DNA of 64,000 bases from the NCBI GenBank assembly GCA_014376695.1, contig JACMRA010000003.1, forward strand, positions 7,881-71,880, in the 5' to 3' direction. The stretch is from Minisyncoccota bacterium. GTDB taxonomy: Bacteria; Patescibacteriota; JACMRA01. This document shows positions 17,652 to 26,977 of the stretch, piece by piece; the first letter of the stretch is position 1; each line of letters opens with the position of its first letter. Both the position numbers and the translations under genes were made by a program. The notes beneath the pieces were generated by a model. The model made no database searches, had not been told where the DNA came from, and saw only the letters and a list, made by a program, of their open reading frames with translations.

Positions 17652-18620
17652 TTAATATACACAATTGGCTAGATCCGCTAAAATCTTAGACTCGTCCAGC
17701 TCTTGTCCGATTAAAACTAACTTAGATTGAGTCATTGGTGTTTTGGACTCAAAAGGAGTTAGCATTTTGCTGGCGCCAACCATTTGAAATAGATATGTCC
17801 CGGTTTTAGTCTCGCCATCGGCCTGAGAAATTGCCAAATTTAGAATACCTTTTGCCCGCACGCAGTTCTCTGGAAAATTAAACTGTAGCCAGTTATCCAG
17901 TTTTTTGGGATCGAGAGCCGCTTGATTGTCCGAAATAAAGAACACTTCTTGATAATTGTTATGATTATGTTCGTGGTGGTGCCCTGATTCTTTTGTATTA
18001 ATAGCTTCTTTTTGGTCAAGAATGCGATCGATCGACCAGCTATTATTATCGATTAGAAGAGTTGTCTTGAGTTCTTGATTAATATTAATCAGGATTGAGG
18101 CTTCCGGGTTCATTTTTGATACCTCTTTTTTGATTTTTAGTATGTCTTCTTGACTCTGACTTTGGACTTTGTTAATAACAATGATGTCGGCAAATTTTAG
18201 TTGATTGAGAGCTATCTTTGCATCAGTATTTTTTTTGTGGAAATTCTCAATGTCGATCACACAAACGATTGAATCGAGAGCAACTTGATTGTTAAGATTG
18301 TTCATCACAAAAGTATCAGCAATAGGCTTTGATTCGGCTAAACCAGAGGCCTCTATTAAAATGTAGTCAACATCTGTATCTTGGATAAGTTTTTGGGTTG
18401 CTGTATAGAGATCCGTTCGTACTATGCAACACATACATCCATTTGACAGCTCGACAATTTCTTCGCCTGAATCTTCGACTAGTTGACCATCGATACCAAC
18501 TTGGCCGTACTCATTGATAATTAATCCAAATTTTTTATTAGGATTTTGCTCGATTATTTGCTTGAGGAGAGTGGTTTTTCCACTTCCCAAAAAACCAGTA
18601 AGTATTGTAATCGGTATCAT
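17652..18620 (-). CDS. CobW/COG0523-family metallochaperone GTPase
   Basis: TGFLGSGKTT, NEYG, ELSNGCMCC, IEASGLA, His-rich stretch, RAKG. Confidence 0.9.
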   Translation of the reverse strand: MIPITILTGFLGSGKTTLLKQIIEQNPNKKFGLIINEYGQVGIDGQLVEDSGEEIVELSNGCMCCIVRTDLYTATQKLIQDTDVDYILIEASGLAESKPIADTFVMNNLNNQVALDSIVCVIDIENFHKKNTDAKIALNQLKFADIIVINKVQSQSQEDILKIKKEVSKMNPEASILININQELKTTLLIDNNSWSIDRILDQKEAINTKESGHHHEHNHNNYQEVFFISDNQAALDPKKLDNWLQFNFPENCVRAKGILNLAISQADGETKTGTYLFQMVGASKMLTPFESKTPMTQSKLVLIGQELDESKILADLANCVY

Positions 18621-18623
18621 AAA

Positions 18624-18857
18624 TTAAAAGAATAAACTTATACCTCTCAAAACTACAAATGCTACAATTGAAATAACGGTTAAATTGACGACATATTTTT
18701 CGATTCCTCGCCTAGTCAAGTAAACCTGTCCAGCTCCTCCAAAAGCAGATCCGATACTAGCGCCGCGTTGCTGAATTAAAATTAGACCTGTAACTAAGGC
18801 GAGGACGGACGCTTGGAGGATTAATAGCCAGTTGTAAGTGGAAATATTGAGAAACAT
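18624..18857 (-). CDS. secG: Preprotein translocase subunit SecG
   Basis: Two TMs flanking ILIQQRGASIGSAFGG...TRRGIEK. Confidence 0.9.
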   Translation of the reverse strand: MFLNISTYNWLLILQASVLALVTGLILIQQRGASIGSAFGGAGQVYLTRRGIEKYVVNLTVISIVAFVVLRGISLFF

Positions 18858-18919
18858 ATTCTAAAAAGTTATTTTTGTTTATTTTATTTGGAACTGAAAA
18901 AAATTGCGTTTTGAAACGA

Positions 18920-18995
18920 TGGTGGATTCACTGGGACTCGAACCCAGGACCAAAGGCTTAAAAGGCCTCTGCTCTACCAACTGAGCTATAAATCC
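18920..18995 (-). tRNA. tRNA-Lys(UUU)
   Basis: Cloverleaf, anticodon loop CTTTTAA, encoded CCA. Confidence 0.95.
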
Positions 18996-19076
18996 TTCTT
19001 TATAATCATATTAAAACAGAAAATCAATAATTTGTCAATACAATTTTTTTGCCCGTATTTGGAGTAAATAAAGATG

Positions 19077-20141
19077 CTATTTAGACTGTAAAATTGAGCT
19101 TATTGTCTCAAATTCGTTAACAATTCTAATTTCTTCGTCTAGCTGAATTTTGTAGGTTTTAGCGACATAGCTTTTTATGGCGGATAAGTATTTTTCTACG
19201 TCCTGTGAGGTACCGGCGGCATTACTTTTGCCTCCGTGTAAGTTATTGGTCAATATATTGCAATGACCGTATTTCATTTGGATGCCGTTGATTGAAGTTT
19301 TTATGCTTGGGCAATCATTTAACAATTTGGCTACAGGCAGCCGGTTATTGTATATCCATTCTGGGTTAATTAGCGAGCGTGAGGCTTGAGACAGATTCGA
19401 TACTTCGATGTTTTTGAAAGTGGAGCCAGGGCTTTTGAGATTTTTTGGATAATTAAAATCGCGAAGTTTGGCGATGTGTAAATATGAATTTTGGAGTTCA
19501 ATTATTTTATTTTTATTGACCGCTTTATGTGATTTTAATGATATTTTGACTATCAAAAACTTGTGTTTTGAAGTTTTAAAAAGCGATGTGCGATAGCCAA
19601 ATTCACACTCATTTTGGTTGTAGGTTTCGAGACTATTATAAATAATTGCTTGTAAATTAAAAAGGGGAGATTTTTTTTGAAGCTCGCACAGTCGAAAGAA
19701 TTTATCTAAGTTGATAACCGTTACTTGATTTATTAATTCCGATATTTCAACGCCGTAAGCACCTGCGTTGCCATAAACTGCCCCGCCTATAGATCCAGGA
19801 ATTCGATTCAATTTGTCAAATTTGGTCAGTTTACGGATTAAACAGATATCTACAATATCCTGTAAAATGGCTCCAGTATCAGCTTCTATACTCTCAAAAC
19901 ACGTGTTTTTAATTGTATTAAATTGACTAAGGTTGATCAGGCACGATCGCTCATCAAATGTTTCTCCAAAAATGGTATTAGAGCCGCCTCCGATAATATA
20001 AAACTTATAATCCAACTTAAATATAGTTAAGAGATTAATGGCTAATTGATCAAGATTCTGTGGAAAAAACACGTGTTTTATGAGTCCTCCGATTCTGGTA
20101 GTTGTCATTGAACTTAGCTTGTATAGTTTCTGCTGAGGCAT
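19077..20141 (-). CDS. murB: UDP-N-acetylenolpyruvoylglucosamine reductase
   Basis: TTTRIGG, GGGSN, IPGSIGGAVYGNAGAYG, FGYRTS, SPGSTFKN, EEIR. Confidence 0.9.
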   Translation of the reverse strand: MPQQKLYKLSSMTTTRIGGLIKHVFFPQNLDQLAINLLTIFKLDYKFYIIGGGSNTIFGETFDERSCLINLSQFNTIKNTCFESIEADTGAILQDIVDICLIRKLTKFDKLNRIPGSIGGAVYGNAGAYGVEISELINQVTVINLDKFFRLCELQKKSPLFNLQAIIYNSLETYNQNECEFGYRTSLFKTSKHKFLIVKISLKSHKAVNKNKIIELQNSYLHIAKLRDFNYPKNLKSPGSTFKNIEVSNLSQASRSLINPEWIYNNRLPVAKLLNDCPSIKTSINGIQMKYGHCNILTNNLHGGKSNAAGTSQDVEKYLSAIKSYVAKTYKIQLDEEIRIVNEFETISSILQSK

Positions 20142-20165
20142 TATAATTGGATTGTATCGGGCTAT

Positions 20166-20552
20166 TTATAAAGAATGAACGGGGAAAATTGAAACTTTAC
20201 CAGAATCCAAGCAAAAAATTTCTATCTTGATAAAAAAATGTTTAAATAATTGGTTTTTGATCAAAAAGTATGCCAAACCGCTTTTTATATTGGTCAATTT
20301 TGTGGCGTTAATACTATCGATAGCAGTTCCAAATTTGTTTGATTGCCTGACCTTTACTTCAACGATTAGTAGGATATTATCTTTTTTGAGGATTAAATCA
20401 ATTTCAGCGCGACGGCCAGCGCGACCTTTTTGGTAGTATTGAAAATTTTTGGTAACTAGAACCCAGCCATCTTCTTGGTAATAACTAAGTGCGATATTTT
20501 CGCCTTGAGATCCGATAGAACTCTTAGATAAAATTTCAAATTGTTCGGGCAT
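20166..20552 (-). CDS. YraN-family putative endonuclease
   Basis: GSQGE..A, EIDLI, IVEVKVR. Confidence 0.85.
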   Translation of the reverse strand: MPEQFEILSKSSIGSQGENIALSYYQEDGWVLVTKNFQYYQKGRAGRRAEIDLILKKDNILLIVEVKVRQSNKFGTAIDSINATKLTNIKSGLAYFLIKNQLFKHFFIKIEIFCLDSGKVSIFPVHSL

Positions 20553-20624
20553 TAATTATGATTTTGATTCGAAAAAGACAACAAAAAAACCATACTAGTC
20601 TTGTATGGCAAAATTCGTATTTTA

Positions 20625-20701
20625 TGGCGGGACTGGCGGGACTCGAACCCGTGACCTCTGCCGTGACAGGGCAGCGCTCTAACCAACTGAGCTACAGACC
20701 C
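20625..20701 (-). tRNA. tRNA-Asp(GUC)
   Basis: Cloverleaf, anticodon loop CTGTCAC, encoded CCA. Confidence 0.95.
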
Positions 20702-20720
20702 AAAATTAAAGTATTAATTC

Positions 20721-20794
20721 TGGTGGCGGGGCCACGATTCGAACGTGAATCTCTTGGTTATGAGCCAAGTAAGCTGCCATTGCTCCACCCCGCG
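20721..20794 (-). tRNA. tRNA-Met(CAU), initiator type
   Basis: 5' CGCGGGG with unpaired position 1 (C1/C72), A11:U24, loop CTCATAA; anticodon stem CTTGG/CCAAG. Confidence 0.85.
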
Positions 20795-20880
20795 GTGATT
20801 ACATAAAGTAATATTATCTTTTTTTAAATTTGTCAAACATGTTTTTTTAGTTTATGGATATAAATATCAAATAGCGACCT

Positions 20881-21492
20881 ATGAAAAAACCAAAAATTCT
20901 TGTAGTTGATAATCATTCAAAATATCTTGCCAATTTACGGATTTTGCTGGAGGAATCTTTGGGCTGTTGGACTTCGTTTATAAGCTACGATATTTTACTT
21001 GGATTAAGCGTTGATACAATCCTTGATTTCGACCTTATTATTCTTTCTGGGGGCAAAGTACCACCTGTCCACGAAACAACCCTAGAAACGAGTTTTAATA
21101 GGCAGTTAGACATTATCAATAACTCCAATATACCAATTGTTGGGATATGCTATGGAGCCGAGATTATTGCTCAGAATTTTGGAGCACTGTTAGTGGAGTC
21201 AACTAATTTAATCAAAGGGATTAATCAAATCAGGATCTTGGACACCGATGACGCTATTTTTGGAAAATTTAGTCGTAATAATTTTTTTGGGGTATGGGAA
21301 GAACATCGCTACATAATTACAGAACTCCCGCCAGATTTGATTGGAATAGGGGTTTCTGAGTTTGGTTGGGAAATATTCCGGCATCGTGTCAAGCCTATTT
21401 ACGGGCTCCAATATCATCCCGAAAAAAATTCTACCATCCAATCAGGTGATGAAATTTTTATTCACCTTGTCAGAAATATACTTTCAATATGA
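20881..21492 (+). CDS. Class I glutamine amidotransferase (stand-alone)
   Basis: ILSGG, GICYG (Cys nucleophile), QYHPE. Confidence 0.85.
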   Translation: MKKPKILVVDNHSKYLANLRILLEESLGCWTSFISYDILLGLSVDTILDFDLIILSGGKVPPVHETTLETSFNRQLDIINNSNIPIVGICYGAEIIAQNFGALLVESTNLIKGINQIRILDTDDAIFGKFSRNNFFGVWEEHRYIITELPPDLIGIGVSEFGWEIFRHRVKPIYGLQYHPEKNSTIQSGDEIFIHLVRNILSI

Positions 21493-21842
21493 TTTTAAAT
21501 TTTGTTCAATTCGAATATTTGATTGTGAATTTAGTTGTAATTTTGCCAACTTTAGTTATAACTTTTTTTCACCCAAAAAATAATGTTGGGACTAAACTGT
21601 CAAATATTTTTGTTGCAATTTTGGTATCGGCTTTAATATTTTTGGCGTGGGATATTTATGCTACATTCTCCAATCATTGGCAATTTAATAAGCAATTTTT
21701 GATAGGTTTTGAATTTTTGGGGTTGCCCTTTGAGGAGTTTATGTTCTTTTTTACCGTGCCGTTTTCCTGTTTATTTGTGTGGAATGAATTTCGTAGTTTC
21801 AAAAATTGGAGTGATTTTATATTAAGACTCAAAGGGGATTAG
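21489..21842 (+). CDS. Lycopene-cyclase-domain membrane protein
   Basis: FLAWD......W.F....G....LPFEE.MFF.TVP.S motif; three hydrophobic segments. Confidence 0.7.
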   Translation: MILNFVQFEYLIVNLVVILPTLVITFFHPKNNVGTKLSNIFVAILVSALIFLAWDIYATFSNHWQFNKQFLIGFEFLGLPFEEFMFFFTVPFSCLFVWNEFRSFKNWSDFILRLKGD

Positions 21843-21881
21843 TTTACAAAAATCAATTTGCTAGCTAGTAATAGTGGTATT

Positions 21882-22556
21882 ATGTCAAAAATTACAAAAC
21901 AGTATATTTTACTCGATTCAGCCGGAATACGAAGAAAAGGTCAAAGAGAATTCGGAGCGGAGAATTTTGCGGTGTTCAAGACAATTCAAACAGCTTATCA
22001 ATCAGATATTATCTGCTTAGTAGTGGATGGATCTCAACCGCTAAGTCATCAAGATCAAGTAGTTGCCGGTATTGCAAAAGAGGCCAATCGAAGCATTATC
22101 GTGGTTGCCAACAAGAGCGATCTTGTAGATCTGCAGTCAAAGAAAGAGTTTGAGCGCCAATTTTATCGTCGATTCTTCTTCTTAAAAGTCAAGGACTTTA
22201 TCTGGGTTTCAGCCCTTGAGGAGCAAGGAATGAATCTTATTTGGGATACTATTGACGAAGCTATTGAAGAAAAACATCAATCTATTCCCGAGAATCAAAT
22301 GCGTACAATTTTTAATTACTTAATGAAGAACAAGCCGCCAAAAAAACTTAGAACCGAGAAAAAGCCAGTAATCTACGACCTGCTCTACAAGGGTAATAAT
22401 CCCCATACATTTGAAATGCTACTCAAATCGCGTACAAGTATCGATAAAAACTATCTAAAATTCTTAGAAAACTTCTTAAGGCGACAATTTCAACTTTACA
22501 GATCTGGGATAAAAATTGTCTTGACCGAAGTGGAGAAAAAACAAGTTCTTAGCTAA
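21882..22556 (+). CDS. der: Ribosome biogenesis GTPase Der/EngA, C-terminal part only (GD2 from G3 onward plus KH-like domain)
   Basis: Begins YILLDSAGIRRK (G3 of GD2), then QD..AG, NKSD (G4), VSAL (G5), Y.KFLEN.LR; no P-loop. Confidence 0.85.
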   Translation: MSKITKQYILLDSAGIRRKGQREFGAENFAVFKTIQTAYQSDIICLVVDGSQPLSHQDQVVAGIAKEANRSIIVVANKSDLVDLQSKKEFERQFYRRFFFLKVKDFIWVSALEEQGMNLIWDTIDEAIEEKHQSIPENQMRTIFNYLMKNKPPKKLRTEKKPVIYDLLYKGNNPHTFEMLLKSRTSIDKNYLKFLENFLRRQFQLYRSGIKIVLTEVEKKQVLS

Positions 22557-22564
22557 TTTTTGAA

Positions 22565-23752
22565 ATGTTCTCTTATCTGAAATTACTTCAAGGACACGTC
22601 GATTCAAGCATAATCAAAAGAGGTCAAAAGATTTTTTTGGAAGGAGGTGTACAAAAGTTGGTTAATCTTGAGATAGACGGCTGGCAAGAAGCAAGGGTTA
22701 CGGATGTCTCATATTCGTACAATGTGATTGTTCCACTCACTCATCAATTACTTAGTCGAGATAACTGGAACAAAACCTTTGATATATGGCAAAAATTATC
22801 TCGCTGCCAATGTCCATATTATCAAGAAGCTGGGATTTGTAGACATATTTTTAGCGTAGCCAGCAAAATTGACTGGGAATTACAACAGCAAATAACCAAA
22901 TTCGAATTTAACGATATTGGTACTTCGTTTATTGATCTATACGATCTAGTTAATTCAACTCAAAGTGTAAATAATTTACTCAATCAATTTGATCAACTTC
23001 TTATCAGTTCTTTTAACCCAAGGCAACTTACGTTGCTGGCTAGGCTATCTTCCGCCCTAAAAGATATCGATAATCTGAGTCAGCAAAAATTTTTTGACGG
23101 TCTATCTCCTCTTATTCATACAAGTTTAAAGCAGTATGAAAGTGAAAAAAAAGTTATCAGAATAATACTGGACACTCTAAAAATTAATCCAGAGTTTTGG
23201 TGGCAACTATGGGGCAAATTTATTGGCCAAATTTCAGAATATAATTGGACCAAATTTCTTTATGAGCTTTTTGAACTACGGCTCGAGGCTGGATACCATC
23301 AATTCCATCCGTATTACCAAAAAATCCTCAAAGAAATTACTAACCAATCGACTCAAGCAACCAAAGATGCAATTATAGAAAAATATAATGTTAAAAGCAG
23401 TAAATTAGATATTTTTGAAAAGTTATATCTGTTGGCCGTTGCGATCAATAATTATAAATGGCTTGAAGCAAATGTAGAAAAATTAGACCCAGAAAAACTG
23501 ATTAAACTTATTCCGGTATTGCCGATTGAGAGTCGAGATATGATTGATAGAAATATCAAAAGCCAGTTAATTCAGTGGGCGGCCTTTCTCCCGAGTAATC
23601 AAAAAGATGAGGTTCTAAATATCCTGCTAAAGTGGCGAGATGTCGGCGAAGTTAGCGAATATTGGTACGAAACTATAATTTATATTAAATCGACAGTTAA
23701 TCCCAAAACTAAACTATACAAAGAATTAAATGCTTTATCTAGCGCCTCGTAG
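22565..23752 (+). CDS. SWIM zinc-finger protein
   Basis: RG......G.V N-terminus and CQCPY.....CRH motif. Confidence 0.7.
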   Translation: MFSYLKLLQGHVDSSIIKRGQKIFLEGGVQKLVNLEIDGWQEARVTDVSYSYNVIVPLTHQLLSRDNWNKTFDIWQKLSRCQCPYYQEAGICRHIFSVASKIDWELQQQITKFEFNDIGTSFIDLYDLVNSTQSVNNLLNQFDQLLISSFNPRQLTLLARLSSALKDIDNLSQQKFFDGLSPLIHTSLKQYESEKKVIRIILDTLKINPEFWWQLWGKFIGQISEYNWTKFLYELFELRLEAGYHQFHPYYQKILKEITNQSTQATKDAIIEKYNVKSSKLDIFEKLYLLAVAINNYKWLEANVEKLDPEKLIKLIPVLPIESRDMIDRNIKSQLIQWAAFLPSNQKDEVLNILLKWRDVGEVSEYWYETIIYIKSTVNPKTKLYKELNALSSAS

Positions 23753-23772
23753 CCTCACAAATAATAATAATA

Positions 23773-25455
23773 TTAACCTAAGCGAAGTAATTCTTTTTCG
23801 ATTTCTGATTTTTTCTCTTGCAGGATTTTAGTTCGATCTTCTTTGCTTATCTCTTTTCTAACATGGGGGAAAGTGACGCACTCCTTGATGTGCTTGCCTA
23901 GTAGGAAGCTTACAAATCGCTCACTAGTCCCGAATCCAGACATTGGCGGCATTCCGTATTCCATAGCCTTGACATAGTCGAGATCCATTGATTGAGCTTC
24001 CTCGTTACCTGCGTCTTTGGCCTCTTGTTGTTTCTCAAAACGGCCGAATTGATCTATTGGATCGTTAAGCTCGCTAAAGGCTTTGCCAAGTTCTGCCCGA
24101 CCTGCCACGATTTGCCATCTTTGGGTAAGCTTTGGGTTATTGGGGTCTCTTTTAGCGAGTGGCTCGAGTTCGACAGGTGGGTTAATTAAAAAGAATGGAT
24201 TAACTGTGTTGACTCGGGCTTTTTTCCATAGCTTATCTAGCATTGTTGCCGTTCCATCACTGATTTTTACATCGTTAATGCCGATTAATTGACACATTTC
24301 CAACAATTCTTGATCGCTTTTATTCTCAGTATCAATCTGACCATTACTAAAGTATCTCACAGCATCAAAATAATTTATTTTTGGCCAGCCCGATTCAAGA
24401 CCCCATCCATTTTTATCGGCGAATTCTTGAGTACACCAATTGCCCCAATTAATTTGGTTCCCATAGTAATCTTTTTGCTCCATTGAGCCTAATACTTCTT
24501 TTACCACTCTTTGATAGACTCGCTTAGTAAAAGCGGCGGCGTAATTGTAATCAGTATAGGCTTTATACCATTCGATTGCCAAATATTCTTGTAAGTGCTG
24601 GGGGCTAGAACCTTCATTTCTAAATACAGGACCTACCACAAAAATTGATTCGAAGCCGCCTGCAATTAGTTTTTTTTGGGGAAGTTCAAGCGATAATCTT
24701 AAATAAACATCTTGATTTAGCTCGTTATAAAAAGTCGTAAAGGGTTTAGCTTCGGCTCCTCCAGGGATTAATTCAAATACCGGAATATCAACTTCGAGCA
24801 TACCTTCTTTGTAACACTCTTCTCGCCAAATTTGCCAATATTTGGACTTTGCTCGGACAACATCTCTCACGCTCAAGCCAAATTCATCCTTTGTATTCAT
24901 CTTGTAATCTGCTACTCGATCTAGATAACGACTCTCAACATTCGTGTAATCCATCGTATCAGGCAACGGCCTCAAAGCTTTGGTTAGAAGCTTAAAACTA
25001 GTTACAAACAAGCTATTTTCACCCGCGACCGTAGTATCCAGATAGCCAGTTGCCTGGATATAATCACCTTCCTCTATTAAGGCGCGAAATGCCTTGTAGG
25101 TCAATTGATTGTCCATATCTAACAGCTCTTGTTCTAGATTTGCTGGTTGCGGTAGTTCATCGACTTTTAGGACTAATTGAAACCCCTCTGGCAAAGACTC
25201 ATCCTCAAGAGTCACAAAACCAATTTTGCCCGAGCCTCGCTTAGATTTGATACGACCTGCTAATGTAATTTCGGATTGGCTATTTCTGATATTTTCAAAA
25301 TTTAACTTAAGCTTGGATAAAATATAATCACGCTTTGAGTCAACCGGATAGGCTTCAACACCAAGTCGTTTGAGTGTTTCTAGCTTTTCAATGCGAAGCT
25401 CCCTTTGAGCTCCTATGTTAGACGTATTCGAAGAATTCGGGGATTTGCTAGTCAT
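23773..25455 (-). CDS. lysS: Lysyl-tRNA synthetase, class II
   Basis: AGRI..KR..GK OB-fold, GGAEAKPF, FRNEG, ELNDPIDQ, YGMPP. Confidence 0.95.
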   Translation of the reverse strand: MTSKSPNSSNTSNIGAQRELRIEKLETLKRLGVEAYPVDSKRDYILSKLKLNFENIRNSQSEITLAGRIKSKRGSGKIGFVTLEDESLPEGFQLVLKVDELPQPANLEQELLDMDNQLTYKAFRALIEEGDYIQATGYLDTTVAGENSLFVTSFKLLTKALRPLPDTMDYTNVESRYLDRVADYKMNTKDEFGLSVRDVVRAKSKYWQIWREECYKEGMLEVDIPVFELIPGGAEAKPFTTFYNELNQDVYLRLSLELPQKKLIAGGFESIFVVGPVFRNEGSSPQHLQEYLAIEWYKAYTDYNYAAAFTKRVYQRVVKEVLGSMEQKDYYGNQINWGNWCTQEFADKNGWGLESGWPKINYFDAVRYFSNGQIDTENKSDQELLEMCQLIGINDVKISDGTATMLDKLWKKARVNTVNPFFLINPPVELEPLAKRDPNNPKLTQRWQIVAGRAELGKAFSELNDPIDQFGRFEKQQEAKDAGNEEAQSMDLDYVKAMEYGMPPMSGFGTSERFVSFLLGKHIKECVTFPHVRKEISKEDRTKILQEKKSEIEKELLRLG

Positions 25456-25534
25456 ATTATCTATATATACTCACAAATCAACAATTTGGCAAGTGTTGTC
25501 AGATGTCAAAAACTAAGGTATCCTACTCTATATC

Positions 25535-26200
25535 ATGACCAAAAAATCAAATCCAATAACTGTGAGTACAGATAATATGGAAACCATCACGGAAGATCAA
25601 TTTGTTTTCTTAAATAAAATAATGGCTGAGTACGAAGAAGGGATGCTGGCTCTTAATTCACTCGGGGATCATACCGTTACCTTTTATGGTGGTTCTCGTG
25701 TGCCGATCGGTTCTGATAATTACAAGGCCATCGCATTGATAGCCGAAAAATTTGGTCGAATGGGCTGGGGGTGCGTGACTGGAGGCGGGCCGGGAGTTAT
25801 GAGCGCCGCCTTGGAAGGGGTCAAAAAGGGCGGGGGCAAAGCCATAAGTTTTATGATTAGTATAAAGGGGGAACCGCCTTTTAATCAGCCTGATGTGGCA
25901 ATCCGCTTCGATAATTTTAGCGCTCGAAAATATGCACTTAGACAAAGCGATGTATTCATATACGCACCGGGCGGCATTGGTACTCTGGACGAATTAATGG
26001 AAAATATAACTTTGATGAATACTCGCAAAATGCCGATTAAATCGATATTCCTGTTTAACAAAGCCTTTTGGGCTCCTTATACAGCTTGGTTCGAAACTTT
26101 AGTCTACAAAGAAAAGCTAGCCGATAAAAGTTTTTTGGACCTAATTAAGGTTGTCGATACTCCCGAAGAAATTTTTGCAGCCTTGAGATTGACAAAATAA
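25535..26200 (+). CDS. LOG-family protein
   Basis: TGGGPGVM, ARK, PGGIGTLDE. Confidence 0.9.
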   Translation: MTKKSNPITVSTDNMETITEDQFVFLNKIMAEYEEGMLALNSLGDHTVTFYGGSRVPIGSDNYKAIALIAEKFGRMGWGCVTGGGPGVMSAALEGVKKGGGKAISFMISIKGEPPFNQPDVAIRFDNFSARKYALRQSDVFIYAPGGIGTLDELMENITLMNTRKMPIKSIFLFNKAFWAPYTAWFETLVYKEKLADKSFLDLIKVVDTPEEIFAALRLTK

Positions 26201-26254
26201 CTCAAACGATTAAGGATATTTTCAATATTAATCTTATATCATAGATATATCGCT

Positions 26255-26977
26255 ATGGATAATGCCGGCACCCAACTCAATTCCGATCAGCTTCACCGTA
26301 TTCTGCAAAGAGACGCTTTGGCTATAATGGGTGCCAAAGAACCTGACCTACCTCCCTCTAATCCGTTTTCTCTTGCCAGTGTAAACACTCGAATCATGGC
26401 TAGAGGTTTAGATTATTTGATAGTTAGCCTTTTTTGTGTTTTTTTAACCTGCCTAATTGTTGCCCTCGGCATTGCCAACATCCCCGACTCAAAGATAGAT
26501 CCCAGTATTCTGGAGTGTTTTGGTAGTGGTACTTTTTATGAAATACGTCAGACGCCTAACTGCAAAGATATTTTTGAATTGCTCAAATTTAATTATGTAA
26601 TTGCTCTTTTTTTGACACTTCTATGCAATATATTTTACTTCGTCTGCATACCTGTCCAAAATAACGGAGCCACTTTCGGTATGCAATTGTTTGGGATAAA
26701 GATAATTAGCGATACCAAAAAAAGTCCGAAACTCAAATTATTCCAAAATTTCTGGCGTGAATTGTTCTTTTCGGTGCTTCAGGTGTCAATATTAATCAGA
26801 GGCTTAGATATGATTTACTTCTCCAAAAATCCGCAGTCAATGAATCAATTAGCTATCGTATCTGGGCAAATCTTGATTCTACTAGTAATTATTTACAGCT
26901 TTGTGAACATATTTTTTTCTGTTAGGGGTCAAAGTCTCTCCGACAAAATTGCTAACACTTTAGTGGTCTATAGCTAG
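26255..26977 (+). CDS. RDD-family membrane protein
   Basis: R..A..LD, G.T.G....GIKI, Q.L.DKIA.T.V. Confidence 0.85.
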   Translation: MDNAGTQLNSDQLHRILQRDALAIMGAKEPDLPPSNPFSLASVNTRIMARGLDYLIVSLFCVFLTCLIVALGIANIPDSKIDPSILECFGSGTFYEIRQTPNCKDIFELLKFNYVIALFLTLLCNIFYFVCIPVQNNGATFGMQLFGIKIISDTKKSPKLKLFQNFWRELFFSVLQVSILIRGLDMIYFSKNPQSMNQLAIVSGQILILLVIIYSFVNIFFSVRGQSLSDKIANTLVVYS

